Assembly (NCBI RefSeq): GCF_021028975.2
Contig: NC_059425.1
Location: 23,994,001 to 24,058,000, forward strand
DNA length: 64,000 nucleotides
From: Sphaerodactylus townsendi
Taxonomy: Eukaryota
Direction: 5' to 3'
Both the position numbers and the translations under genes were made by a program. The notes under the pieces were generated by a model. That model saw nothing but the letters and a program-made list of their open reading frames with translations. It made no database searches and was not told the origin of the DNA. This document shows, piece after piece, positions 22,090 to 34,552 of this stretch (positions are counted from its first letter, which is position 1; every line of letters starts with the position of its first letter).

Positions 22090-22860
22090 CAGCTGGGAAG
22101 GGATCTCATCTAGTCCACCCCCCTGCACAAAACATGAAATTCACAACTATCTTCCCTCCCATAAACTCCTCCAGTTCCCCCTGCTTTATGCCCAGAAGAA
22201 TTAAAAAAAAAACCCTCCTTGTTCTCTTTCCCAGAGAAAAATACCTTCCTGACCCCAAAGTGGCAATCAGCATTACCCTGGCCATATAAGAAAAGGCCAT
22301 GACAGCCGAGCACTGACTCATCCCTTCCTGTCCTCCCTCACATGATTTGCCTAAGTTCACAGAATCAGCCTTGCTGTCAGATGGCCATCTTGCCTCTGCT
22401 TAAAACACCTCCAAAGGAGAATCCCAACACCTCCCGAGGAAGCCTGTTCCACTGAGGAACCGCTCTGTCAGGAAGTTCTTCCTAATATTTAGCTGACAAC
22501 TGTTTTGATTTCATTTCAACCCATCGGTTTTGGTCTGACCTTCTGGGGCAACAGAAAACAACTCAGCACTATTCCCTAGATGACAGCCCTTCAGGTGCTT
22601 GAAGGTGGCCATCACATCATCTCTCAGTTCCTTCAATCTTTCCTCACAGGGCTTGATCTCTAGACTCCCTCACCATCTTTGTTGCCTTCTGGACACATTC
22701 CAAATTGTCACTATCCTTAAACTGTGGTGGCAAAACAATGCAGTACTCCAAATGGGGTAAAGCAATGCCCTCATTTTACATAATATGGCCACGATGGTTC
22801 TGTGGATGCCACCCAGAATTGCTCTTGTAGCTACCACACGCTGAAACAACTGTAAAATGA
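22090..22860 (-). mobile_element. Old CR1 LINE 3' fragment
   Basis: Similar to the CR1 at 35318-36800 (GGAAGTTCTTCCTAAT, GCAACAGAAAACAA, GTACTCCAAATGGGG). Confidence 0.7.
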
Positions 22861-23751
22861 GGCCAAACTGAAACACACCACCAGCAGACCAAACAACCTT
22901 GAGCCAAGGGACTTTGTATCATTCAACAGTTTTTAAAAACTATGCTACTGTGCTGCACACATACAAAGTTGCACATGTAAGTGCTAGCTGATGGGTTTGA
23001 ATTGTGCTTAACATGGTTTTTGCCCTGGAGTTTACCTATTTTCAGCACTGAACATGCCTGTACAGGCTGGAATATTAATATGTCCTTAGCTATGCTTTCA
23101 CAACAGGATCTAAGCTACGGCATTCACTGTGATTTGTAGCATGGCTTAGATTAAAGGAGTGTCCATTTCTAAAGCACAAACCTATTTAATCAACTCTTAT
23201 TATAATATCCACCTGCCCGCCCACCCCCTCTTTCTTATTATAATTTAGAGTGCTATTGAGAGGAGAGAGCTGAGTTCCTTGAGTTATAAACATCCATTTT
23301 GAAATATATTACTGGCGTCATAGAATTTGGAATGTTTTAGTGGTACATCAAAAAGTTCTTAGTTGTGTTTTAAAATTTGTGTTTAAATGTTTTACAGGAT
23401 TTTATACAATATTGTTACATAAAAGTTGTTAGCTGCCTGAGCCTGGCCTGTGCTGGGAAAGGGTGGGATATTCAATTGAATAAAGTAAAAATAAAACAAA
23501 ACAAGCTCTCACACTTTCAATTGACCTCTTGTATTACAAATTTAAGAGTTGAGGTGAGGTAAGTGGGTGTGCTGCCCTGTCTGGAAAACTGATCATACCC
23601 CAACAACAATCCTTAAGATTAGGCTTATCATCTTGTGATGGGAGCTTCGCTGAAAGAATGACAGCTTGTTTTTGAACCAGACAAATTGTGGTTAAACATT
23701 AAACGTTGGTAAGCCGCAGCTTCCACCCACCAATCCAGCTCTGCAGATAAA

Positions 23752-24049
23752 AAGAAGAGAAGAGTTTGGATTTATACCTCACCTTTCTCTCCTGTAAGGA
23801 GACTCAAGGTGGCTTACAAGCTCCTTTCCCTTCCTCTCCCCACAACAGACACCTGGTGAGGTGGGTGGGGCTGAGAGTTTTGTGAGAACTGTGACTAGCC
23901 CAAGGTCACCCAACAGGAATGTAGGAGTGCGGAAACACATCTGGTTCACCAGATAAGCCTCTGCCACTCAGGTGGAGGAGTGGGGAATCAAACCTGGTTC
24001 TCCAGATTAGAATCCACCTGCTTTTAACCACTACACCACGCCGGCTCTC
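23752..24049 (-). mobile_element. Squam3-type SINE
   Basis: Reverse complement of the 731-1024 type. Confidence 0.87.
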
Positions 24050-24501
24050 AAGAATAAATAAAATCCTGTAGCACCTTATAAAAACTGTTCCCAGATAAAC
24101 TTCTGGACTAGAATCCACTTCTTCAACCACAATGAGTAGACTTCAATATGCCGTCATACCGTACTTCACTGCCATAAAGTGGATTTTCACAAGCACTCAA
24201 ATCATGATGCATCTATTGCTGTAAGCTTGGAAGGGTGCTGAAATGGAATGAAGACTGATTTAAAGAAGTAGGTGATAATTTATGAACCAAAATGACATTA
24301 AGTCTATAAGTTTCTTATACAAGTAAAAGACGCTCAATATAGACAATTGGGACAGTGATGAGAAAGGATTGGTAACGGTGCTGGGTCTCTGACAAAGATC
24401 CCAGCAAATGGGCAGACTCCTGGGAAAGCAGATATTCTTCAGATAGCTGGGGGCGGGCAGGGACTCTTAACTTAAACTCAGATCCTGCACAAGGGTACAT
24501 A

Positions 24502-24953
24502 CAGGGGTCTCCAATGTGGGGACCATAGTGCCCACTAGGTGTTTTTGAAGCTAGGGAAGACCAGGAAGGTCTTTTGCCTAACAAGGCTTCTGATTGACCA
24601 CTGCACTGCTGTGTTATTTTTTAAATGTTGCTTTAAAAGCAGCTGAGGGGAAGCCCGCGGTGCGGCCCAGCTGGCCACGGGCAATTGGTGCGCCCGCCCT
24701 GCTGCCTACAGGGCGGGCAAGGATGAAGCCGGCGGCTCGGCCTACCAGCCACTGGGAAAACACCTGCCCTGCTCCAATGGGGCAGACAAGAGGGGAAGCC
24801 CGTGGCGCAGCCCAGCCGGCTGTGGGCAGTTGGTGCACCTGCCCTGCTGCCTGCAGGCGGGCAAGGATGGGGCCAGCGGCTCGGCTCGTGGAGCCTCAGT
24901 GCAAGGGCAGAAGAGCCGCATGCGGCTCTCGAGCCGCAGGTTCCCTACCCCTG
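24502..24953 (+). mobile_element. Chimeric hAT MITE (left end of one family, right end of the 8081 family)
   Basis: 24502-24644 resembles the 40660-40960 family; 24645-24953 matches the 8081 family through TIR GGTTCCCTACCCCTG; no TSD. Confidence 0.7.
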
Positions 24954-24964
24954 CTCTACAGCAT

Positions 24965-25450
24965 CCTCCCCTGGCTCCTGAAGAGCTGGAGAAAGTGTCC
25001 AAAAGGGCTACCAAGATGACTTAGGATCAAGGTGAAAAAGTCTTTCCTAGGAGGAAAAACAAGTCTGGGTCTTTTCATTTTAGAAAAAAAGATGATGGGG
25101 CCGGGGGTAAGATATGATAAAGATTTATAAAATTCTGCATGGGGTGGAAAAAGTGGAGTCAGAGACTCTTTTCACCTTTCCCATAACACTATAACTAGGC
25201 AGCATCCCATAAAGTTAACAAGCAATAGATTCAGGAGTGACACAATCCTGCTTTACGCAACCAGTGTAATAAATTGTGGAGTTCATTGTCAGTGGAAATA
25301 GTGGTGGTCACAAGTACGGCTTTAAAAGGGAATCAGATGAATGGAGGAGAGGTGTATCAAAAGCTACTAGGAACGGTGAGTAAAGGGAACCTCCACATCC
25401 AGAGGCAGCAGATCTTTGAAACCCAGTACCAGTTCAGAAGGCAACATCAG
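24965..25450 (+). mobile_element. Degraded CR1 3' fragment
   Basis: GAGCTGGAGAAAGTGTCC...GATATGATAAAGATTTATAAAAT...CATAACACTATAACTAGG. Confidence 0.65.
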
Positions 25451-25519
25451 AAAAAGTTCTCCTGCTGGTGTCACAAGATTCTCAGCGAGTGTTTTGCCTC
25501 CATCACTCTATAAGCTCAG

Positions 25520-25900
25520 CTAGCTACGCTGGTCGCCTGTCCAGCCCGGAAGGATTCAAATAAACCCTAATAATTCGACTCGCTTCAACTCTCTCTGAAC
25601 TCCGTGCAGCGGCCCCATGACGAGGCGCATGCCCCTTTAAGGGGTGGGAGGGAAATGCCTTGCCCTTTTAAGAAAGAACCGGAATGATCAGTTGCCGAAT
25701 CATGTGGCTGGCCGAAGAATTGCTACATTGAAATCAACATGCTGGTTGAACGAAGGTGGGCTTTGCTGCCTCTCCTGTGGTTGGTGGGCAGCTTGGCGGG
25801 GAGTCCGGAGGGTTACAGGAGGAAGGTAGGTTGGAAGTCACAGGCGGCTTTCTGGACTCCAGAAGGTACCCCTTCGTGTCCTGCTAAGATTTATCTGTTT
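25520..25900 (+). promoter_or_regulatory. GLMP: GLMP promoter / first-exon CpG-enriched region with M-box-like TCATGTG
   Basis: CpG enrichment; GCGCATGC at 25625; TCATGTG at 25700-25706. Confidence 0.55.
25739..25825 (+). CDS. GLMP: GLMP exon 1 (signal peptide MLVERRWALLPLLWLVGSLAGSPEGYRRK)
   Basis: ATG in CAACATGC context; donor AAG|GTAGGT. Confidence 0.85.
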
Positions 25901-28900
25901 AAAATAGTCATCGGCGTATAGTTTCAACTATAGTCTGTTCTGTACCTAATGCTTTTAAAAAAATTGCTGCTGGGACTTACACGTGCCTGCCTGCTATGCA
26001 GTCTGGCCTAGGGAAGCTGAATCCTCAGTGTGTTGAATGAAAATGGGGATTGGAGAGAAAGAAAGGCACTCTGTGTATGATCAGAGGCACGCGCTTCTTT
26101 TCCTCTGTTAGTCCAGCTGAGGGACTGTAATCTCGCCGCAAGCGTCATGCGCAACAGCAGGCCTGCGGGGTGGGGGAGAAGAAACAGAGACCAAAATAAT
26201 TGGGAGTTGAAGAAGAAAGTGCATTGGTCTTGGGGTGGAGAGATCTGGTTGAAAATCCCAGTGTGTCCCAAAGCTTTGTGAGTTGTGTGGCAGTTCAGAA
26301 TGTGGACTGAGGTCTAGGGGGCTGCCAGTTTTCAGCTTGCTGTGCTCGAACTTCTCCCCAGCTTCATCAGCAATATGAGGCTAGTAGTTCTGGATTTTTA
26401 TATGTTCTGTAGTATCATGCAGCATCTGGTTTTACTGCTTTTATGGTCTCAGCCAATATTGCTCCCTCCCCCCACGACACACACACAATAGTGATAAACT
26501 CTGGTGCCTTTTGAAATCTGTTTTGCATTTTGCCCCATCTATAATTAGGGTTGCCAACCTCTAGGTGGGTCCTGGAGATCAGGAATTACGGCAGATTTCC
26601 GGAGTTCCCCTAGAGGAAATGGCTGCTTTGGAGAATGGCATCTACTCCATCACAACCCTACTGTGCCCCTCCCCCATCCCAGATTCTGTCCTCCCCAATT
26701 TCGACCCTAAATTTGCAGGAAGTTTGGCTGGGCAGCCCTGTGATCTAGTCCAATTCAGTCTGCAAGAAGCACTTTGTCCCCCTTTAAAATTCTACAAGAT
26801 TCACAATCAGGCCCTGATAAAACTTTCGCTTTCTCTTTCCTTCCGCTTTTTAGAAACTGAGCATCCAGCTTGGCACAGCATTCGGTGGAACTGTAAAGCT
26901 TGCTTGCCTCTCTTGGTTATATTTTAATTGGTCCTAATCAAAGATCATGGGGGCTACTTGCTGTCTTTGCACCCATGTCCGTGGTCTGCTTATAATGCTG
27001 AAAGCGTTCTATAATTCTGTTGTAATTAGATGTCCATGGGCCAGTCGTCATCTTTTCCTAGGAGGGAAAATAGGGTGACAGTCTAATAAAGGCAAGGAGA
27101 TATGACTTAAGAACAACGCCTGGCTCCCATTTTTTCAGGGTGAGATTTCGTGCGAGTCCCCAGTCTGAGACTCAGTTCTGACAAAGTTCTGAGGTTTAGC
27201 CCAACTCTAGTGCAATTCCACGTATGCTCTGGTCTTGTGTGGGCCTCCTGTGTAGAATATTCCAACTTGGGTCTCACCCGAGGGTTTTTGGCTCTGTGAT
27301 TTTGCCTCCTTCCATGTAGAGGAAAATGCAAAGCCTGGACCAAGCTTTTATCTGTATTTATTTAGTATTTGCAATGAACACCTTTCATTAATCCTCCTTG
27401 AAATTCACCTTGATCTAACCTTAAAGCCTTGCACCTTAAGGGGCCACCTAGTTTGCCTATAATATATGGATGACCTCCCCTGTTCCTGTTTGATATTTTT
27501 GAGACAATCTGTTTCAAAAACAAGCTCAGCGTCACAGATACAGCAAAAAACATAGAGGATGTTGTGGTACACATAATCAGAACAAACCTGACCTCAGGTA
27601 AGCTTGCCGAAGAGCCCCAGAACAGAATAGACTTGAAGGGCAGTAAGAAGAAGAGGGCAGAGTGGCAACAATTATATGGCTTTGTGTAGATTAGAAGCTG
27701 TCTAACCCATTATCAGTAGTTGCAATGTTTTGAGGCCCAGGTACAGCCAAATGTCTGAGAATTGCAAGAATGTCAAACTTCGCAGAAGTGAAGTTATGAT
27801 ACAAAGGTGGGAATAATTGGTTGATGGTCAAAAGATATTCATGGGTATGAGAAGCCTGTAATCACTGTTTTTAAATAGACTTTGCCAAGATAAAAAGTAG
27901 TGAAAATGAACTAACTTTTAAATATATTCTGTAAGGTTATTTTAAGTGTGGTGTATGGTATTTGAAGTTATGAGATGAGTCAGCCAAGAACGTGCGCACT
28001 TATCAAGTGCAACAGTTAGCTATTGTTGGGAGATTATTTTAAAAATCCTATCAATGGAGGAAGCTATACTGATTGGGAGCATCTTCTCAAATGGGACTCT
28101 TTATCTGTGATCTGCTTATTTTGGGGGTTAGAAATCTTTGTGGACTCATGTAGTTGTTCTCCTTTAATTATATATATAATAAGGATGGATGATAGTCTAT
28201 GTTGTGGATGTAGTCTATGTTAAGAACAAAATGCCCATCTCGCTGGGGATAAAATGTAGGCAACTGGGGGAAGGCAATGGTAGATCACCCCATAAATGTA
28301 GTCTACCTAGTTAACATCATTATGTGATGTCTCCTTATGGGTCACTAATGACTTGGTGCTTTTACAGGGGGCTACCTTTACCTAAGAATGCAATAATTGT
28401 GCTTTAATAAGCAAGCTTGGAATAGAAGCAGAGAGTCTCTCATAGTATTTACTTGTGCACTATACCCAGAACGAACCTACAATTTTACTGAGGTGAATCT
28501 CTGCCTAGGAGTTAAATTATCTGGTATAGGAAAGCTACAACTTTAGAAGTTTAGGATTTCTTAGGTACACACCTGTACCAGAATCAGACCTGGCCAGACT
28601 CACTCAGAACATCCAAAAAACTCAACCCAGAATTTCATGTTCACTGTGTCTTCACAAGGTACACAGTTTTAATTTGAGAAATTCACTGCCATGAGTTGTG
28701 GTAATAACCACTAACTTGGATGGCTTTTGAGGGAGTCAGAGAGATCTATCCAGAGGTGGGATCCAGCAGGTTCTCACCAGTTCCTGAGAGTGGGTTACTA
28801 ATTATTTGTGTGTGCCGAGAAGGGGTTACTAATTGGGTCCGCTTTTCCATCTCCACGCCCTTGCCTCCCCGAGAAGCATACTGCCTTTGATCGTGAAGGT

Positions 28901-31900
28901 TCCATACAGCAATTGCGACTAATAATGTAACTCGCTGAACTGGGTTAATCCCTTTCAGGTACTGCAATTCATTGATTCATTGATTCGTACCTTTTATCTC
29001 ACCAGTCTCTATCAAAGAACCTGTGTGTTTCACCATTGCTGTGTTCAGATTTGTGAGTTGAGGCATTTTCTATAATGTGATGATGATTTAGAAATGACCT
29101 GGTGCAAAAAAAATTTGGGGGGGTCGTGGTGGGGTGGCTGCCCATGGGGGGGCATCCAACTCAGGTTTTGCCCAGGGCTCAGGTTTGCCTAGGTACGCCT
29201 CTGCCCCCTTTGCTGAGGGTGGGGGGGCTGGTGAGGGAACCTGTTACTAACATTTTTGGATCCCACCACTGGATCTATCCACAGTCATTAGCCGTTATGG
29301 CTAAATGGGAAGCCTCCACATTTAGAAGCTCTAAGTACTAAATGAAGGGACAAACTGTAGGAGAGAGATGTTGTTGCGGGGGTCCTGACAGGGTTTCTCT
29401 GGAGGCATCTAGTTGGCTACTAGTGCAGATGCTGGTCATGATGGACCATTGCCCTGATCCAGCAGGGCTTTGCTATTCGGTCGTGTTTAGTTTATTCACC
29501 CCACTTCTTCCTTTGAGGCTGCTGGTGACAGTGAAACAAATCTGACTGTTCCCTGTGAACTCGAATCCAAGTTTGTGATAATACCAGCGGAATTACTCAT
29601 TTGCAGTGAGGCGGGCTTGTTTTTTATGTGCTCTGCCCAAGAAAAAAATTCTCCTTGGTAACTTGCCAAGGGATGAACGTTCCTTGTTTTCTGCACTAAG
29701 CTGGTTTTGTTTTTCTCTGAGGAAGAAGTAGAAACGCTTATGTGGGCACTTTTCTTGGGAACTACAGAGAGCGTGGGTGTCAGCTGGTTTGCTTTGTCTA
29801 CAAAGGCTTTGATGCAAATAAAACCATTAAAAAACTTGTAAATCTTTAACTGATCCAAAGTAATGTCAGTTTCCTCTTGCGAGTGAACCACTTCTTGTTC
29901 CCTGAAAAAGCACCTGAAAAAACAGCTACCAGGACTTCAGACCCCGACTTTCAGTTCAGAAAACTGTGTCCCTAATTCTAGAAACATGGTGACACCATTG
30001 GAAGACGTTCTGCACATGCTCAGGGACACTTTTTAAATTCTGCACACAGTCTTGGTGTGAAATGGGTGGTAAAAAATCTTGGGGGGTTGGTCAGGCGAAT
30101 AGATCCAACTCTCACAGATCAATATTCTCCAAGGAGTCTTAGCTGGGTGTTATATAAGGGCTGGGTGCTATAATGTTCTCACGCGCCGGTCAGAAGTAGA
30201 TACGTTTAATTATTTACATTTATTCCCACCCCAGGGCAGGTTACAATAAAAACCATACAAAATCTAATCCATGAGTAGTCAAATCACGATATAACCCTAA
30301 AACGATCTAAAATCTCAAACACCCCACCCACCCACAAAAAATTGAGGGGTGTTTGGACATCTGGGGGGGGGGGCTCCCAATGGGGGGGAAATCAGCCAAA
30401 TGCCTGGAAGAAGAGGATGGTCTTTGCCAAGTGCTAAAACTCCAAGAGAGTGGGCACCTGGTGAACCTCTGGAGGGAGGGCATCCCAAAGTGTAGGGGCC
30501 ACTATCGAGAAGGCCCTCATCCCCGCCCCCCAGTACCTCTGAATGGGAGGGCAGCCATGCCCACCTCCCACTCTGACCTCAGTGTCCGGGCAAGAATATA
30601 TGGGCGGATTCACTCTTTCAGGTACCCAGGTGTTAATAATATGAATAATAACATGAACGTTCTCAGGTGTTAATGATATGAATTTCTCCACTTCTCTTTT
30701 GATGCCAGAGAAGCCAGTCGCTTGCGGTGTGGATGCCATTGCAGTAATTATATATTTTCTTTGTCTGTCCATCAAATTTCATTTAGCATTCTAATGATTC
30801 TGGGTGGGGGGAAAAACTTATACACTCTCTCCACAGTACGTGTGACGTTATAATCCTTTGTAATGTCACTCCTTGTCACCTCCTTTCTCCTAAAATAAAA
30901 AGGCAGCAGATGCGAGACCGTTGTAAAGAATGTATTGTCCCGATTGGGCTCACTTGTGCTGATCATTTCTTGGCCTAGTTCAGGGTGCTGGTATTGGTTT
31001 TTAAGCCCTACATAGCTTAGCGCCAAGATATTTGAGTGATCCAAAGTCTGTGTGTTCTCTTCGATTTTTTTCTGTAAGATTGGAAAGCATCCCGGTCAGA
31101 GCTTTTTAAACTGTGCTTTAAGGTGTTTTTTCAACAGGGTTTTTCTCAGTCTGTCCCCTGTCCCCCCCCCCCCAAAAAAAACCACACACATTGGTTCTGT
31201 TCAGGTTACCACTAGTTCCTGTTTCATTATTGTGTTAAACTTATTACATATTTTTATAGTATTGATGTCCTTAATTTTTAATGTTACATAAACATAAAGG
31301 ATAGAATTACTGTTTTAACACTGTGGGTACTGTAGAGTGAGGACAGGTTTTCCACATCACCATCAACAACCTGTTCTCAGCAAAATTGCCCCCCTGCAAC
31401 CCACCTGAAAGAGAAGTCAATGTAACTAGCCAGGGTCTGGCTTGTTATGCTGGAAGTGGGAGTTCTACTTTGTGCAACTGAATTAAACTTTTGCATGAAT
31501 GTCTTTTTTTTTTAGGTCTCCATGGAATACAACCCTGGGTTAAACAGCTCCTCTCATAACCTCTTGCATGTCTGGGCTGTGGGCCACAATGATACAATCC
31601 ATTATGTATGGAGCACCATTGGGGCACCCACAGTGTTGCTGGTGTACACGGGAAGCCAGAACAGCACCCTTCATGTGAACTGGACCAAGCTTTTCTCCCC
31701 CTCTCCCTATGGAGCCATCTACGTTGAACCCGCTGACAGTGTCTTGTATTCCACAGCAGTGATCTTTGCAAAGGTGGGTTCCAAGAGAGTCTGAGGATCG
31801 CCAACCTACTTGAGCCTGCGAGCTCTTCTGGAATTTTGAGAGGGTAGTGGGTGCCATTAACAAAATGGCTGCCATGAGGAGGAGGTAGAAACAGATTTTG

Positions 31901-34520
31901 CTTTGAGGAAGAGATGCAATTTGGTTTTGGTTTCCAAAGCAAGGGAGGGCTTGCTCCCAGTGTGGTGCGGGAAGAGGCTGACAAATCCCCAGGTGTAAAT
32001 CTGGGCCTGTGTGTAAACTGAACACACATGAGCACTCCCAGTGAGCTTTGCTGGTTAATCAGATGGTAAAGAGGGGATCTACAGCTCCCTGTTTTCTTCC
32101 ATTTGTTTCAAGCCCCTTTCCATTCTGGACTTCCAAGCAGGGGCATACCATCCATGGGGACATGGGGTAACCCATGTGTGTGACGTAACCCATGTCCCCA
32201 GACGCACATAGTCCTGGGTGCCGGCACCAGCTCCAGGCGGTAGACCTGGACGCCTGCATCACCTCTGAGCAGAAGACCTGGATGAGCTCCAGGTAGTACA
32301 CCTCAGTGCTGGCACAAACTCCAGGCAGCAGACCTAGATGCTGGCACAGGCTTCAGGCAGTAGACCTGGGCTCTGGACGGTTGACCTGGGGAGATGTGGA
32401 AAATTCAGATTTTGTCTCCAGGCTCCAGTTTTCCTAGATACGCCTCTGCCGCCAAGATTCAGGCTGGAGAAACATCTTAGGGCCAATTGGCCATGCTGGC
32501 AGGGGCTGATGGGAATTGTAATCCATAACATCTGTAGTGCCAAAGGTTCGCCACCACTGTCTTAGGGCTTCCAGCTCCAAGTTGGAAATTCTTGGGGATT
32601 TGGGAGTGGAGTCTGGGAGAGGCAGGGTTTGGGAGGGGAGGGGCCTCAGCTGGCTGCAATGCGATGGATTTAGGCAAAACATCAAGGCACCAAGACAGTT
32701 TTATCATTGTTATATCAGTCATCCTCACAACCGCTCTGTAAGAAAGGCCCTCTTTACAATTATTATCTTGCTGATAGGATTGACTGAGAGGCTGAGTTGG
32801 GGAAACAGTTGACATAAGGATACCTAGAGAGGTAATGATTGATGGGAGAGCTGAACCAGGGGCATCCCGGCTCATTGTCCCCTTTTTACAATATTTCTGT
32901 GCTAGTATACAGATATGCTGCATCAACAAGCAGCCGACTTTGTGATCTTCTTGATATTCCATTGTGTGCAAAATGTGGGGTCAAACGATAACTACAAAGG
33001 ATCCCTTGTGGGCTGTTTTGAGACTTAGGAGATGGGGCAAAATCTGACCCTATGCATTTCCTAGCAGACTCAATTCAAGGTGCTGGTATTGACCTTTAAG
33101 ACCCTAATAACTCGGGCCATTAAAGGCAGCCTTTTCCTATATGAGATGACTCATTCACTCCAGTCATCTCTTGAGTGAGACCCAGGCCCTGCAGGACTTG
33201 GTCCAATTCCACAGGGCCCGTAAGACTGAGATGTTCTGCCAGGCTTACGGCTGGGGCTGTGACCCTTTACATCTCAGTTGACCTTCATATCCCCCTCTCT
33301 CTTGTGTGTTAGTATCTTTAATTGTTTTTTTATTCCTTTCCCCTTCTTTTTCTCCTTCCCTCCTTCTCCAGGACCCCCATCAATGTACTATTAAGGGTGC
33401 CGCTTGAATTTTTACAGTTGGAATTGTGAAGTAATAGGATTTTAATTATTGTAGAGATTCTTAACATTCATGTTTGAACTGTGATGCGAGCCACTCTGTG
33501 GCTGACCATGACCGGGAAAAGGTAACATACAAATCCAATAAAAGAAATAAATTGGAGGCCCTCCTGCGGTTGCCACTCCATCTGAGACTAGAGGGGTGAC
33601 AACCCAAGAACAGGGACCAAAACTTTGGAACTCCTTCCCATGGAGATTCATCTGTCTTCCTCTGTCAGTGTCTTCTGCCAGTTGATGAAGATTTTTTTTT
33701 TATTTAGTTGGGCTTTCCCCCAATAATTGCTGTTGGCCTCCTCCCTGGTTCGGTGTTGTAGGCTTATGTATTTTTATTGAATCATTGTAAATGCTGTTTT
33801 AATACTCAAACGATTTAATGCTTTCATATTTGCTGCCTTAGAGACCTAATTGGGTGGAAAGGCGGCTTAAAAACATCTCAAATGATAATAAAGGTGTTGA
33901 TGTCTGATGAGGGTGAGAAAAAAACTTATTTTTTCGTACGAAAAAAACTACTATTTTTCGTAGATTCCTTTTGGTTCATCTTGTGAAGGTATGGGGTAAA
34001 TCCCCTATAGCAGAGTAGCACAATATTCTCACATTAATTCACAAGCAAAGTGCTTCGCAAGGCAAAGCGAAGAAAAGTGTCTCATAGTCCTCAGTATATA
34101 TCAGTGATGGCGAACCTTTTCGAGACCGAGTGCCCAAATTTCAACTCAAAACCCACTTATTTGTCGCAAAGTGCCAACACGGCAATGTAACCCGAATACT
34201 GAGGTTTTAGTTTAGAAAAAACGGTTGGCTCCGAGGCATTCGTTACTTGGGAGTAAACTTGGTGGTAGTCGGTGACTTTGCTTTGAAGCAACCGTGCAAC
34301 TATTCCAATGGGTGAATCACGACCCTAGGAGGGATTACTCTGAAGCAAGCCCCATTGCCAGCAACTGAGCTTACTCCCAGGCAAAGGATTGCACTTTAGT
34401 TCTTCGCATGAAAATCAGTGGGGTTTAACAGCGTTTTACAGGGTTACCTACACTGCTTCCCCAAAACTAGGTCTTAGGTTTAATGCTAATATCCAAGCCC
34501 AGAGACCCAGGCCAGCCTAG

Positions 34521-34552
<32 letters not shown>

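Noticed and set aside
29496-29891. 131-aa minus ORF in GLMP intron 1
   Set aside because: No recognisable domain, no clear splice structure, non-ATG start
32230-32390. Spaced ~30-bp repeats resembling a CRISPR array
   Set aside because: Vertebrate intron, degenerate units without unique spacers, no cas genes; lies inside a DNA transposon remnant
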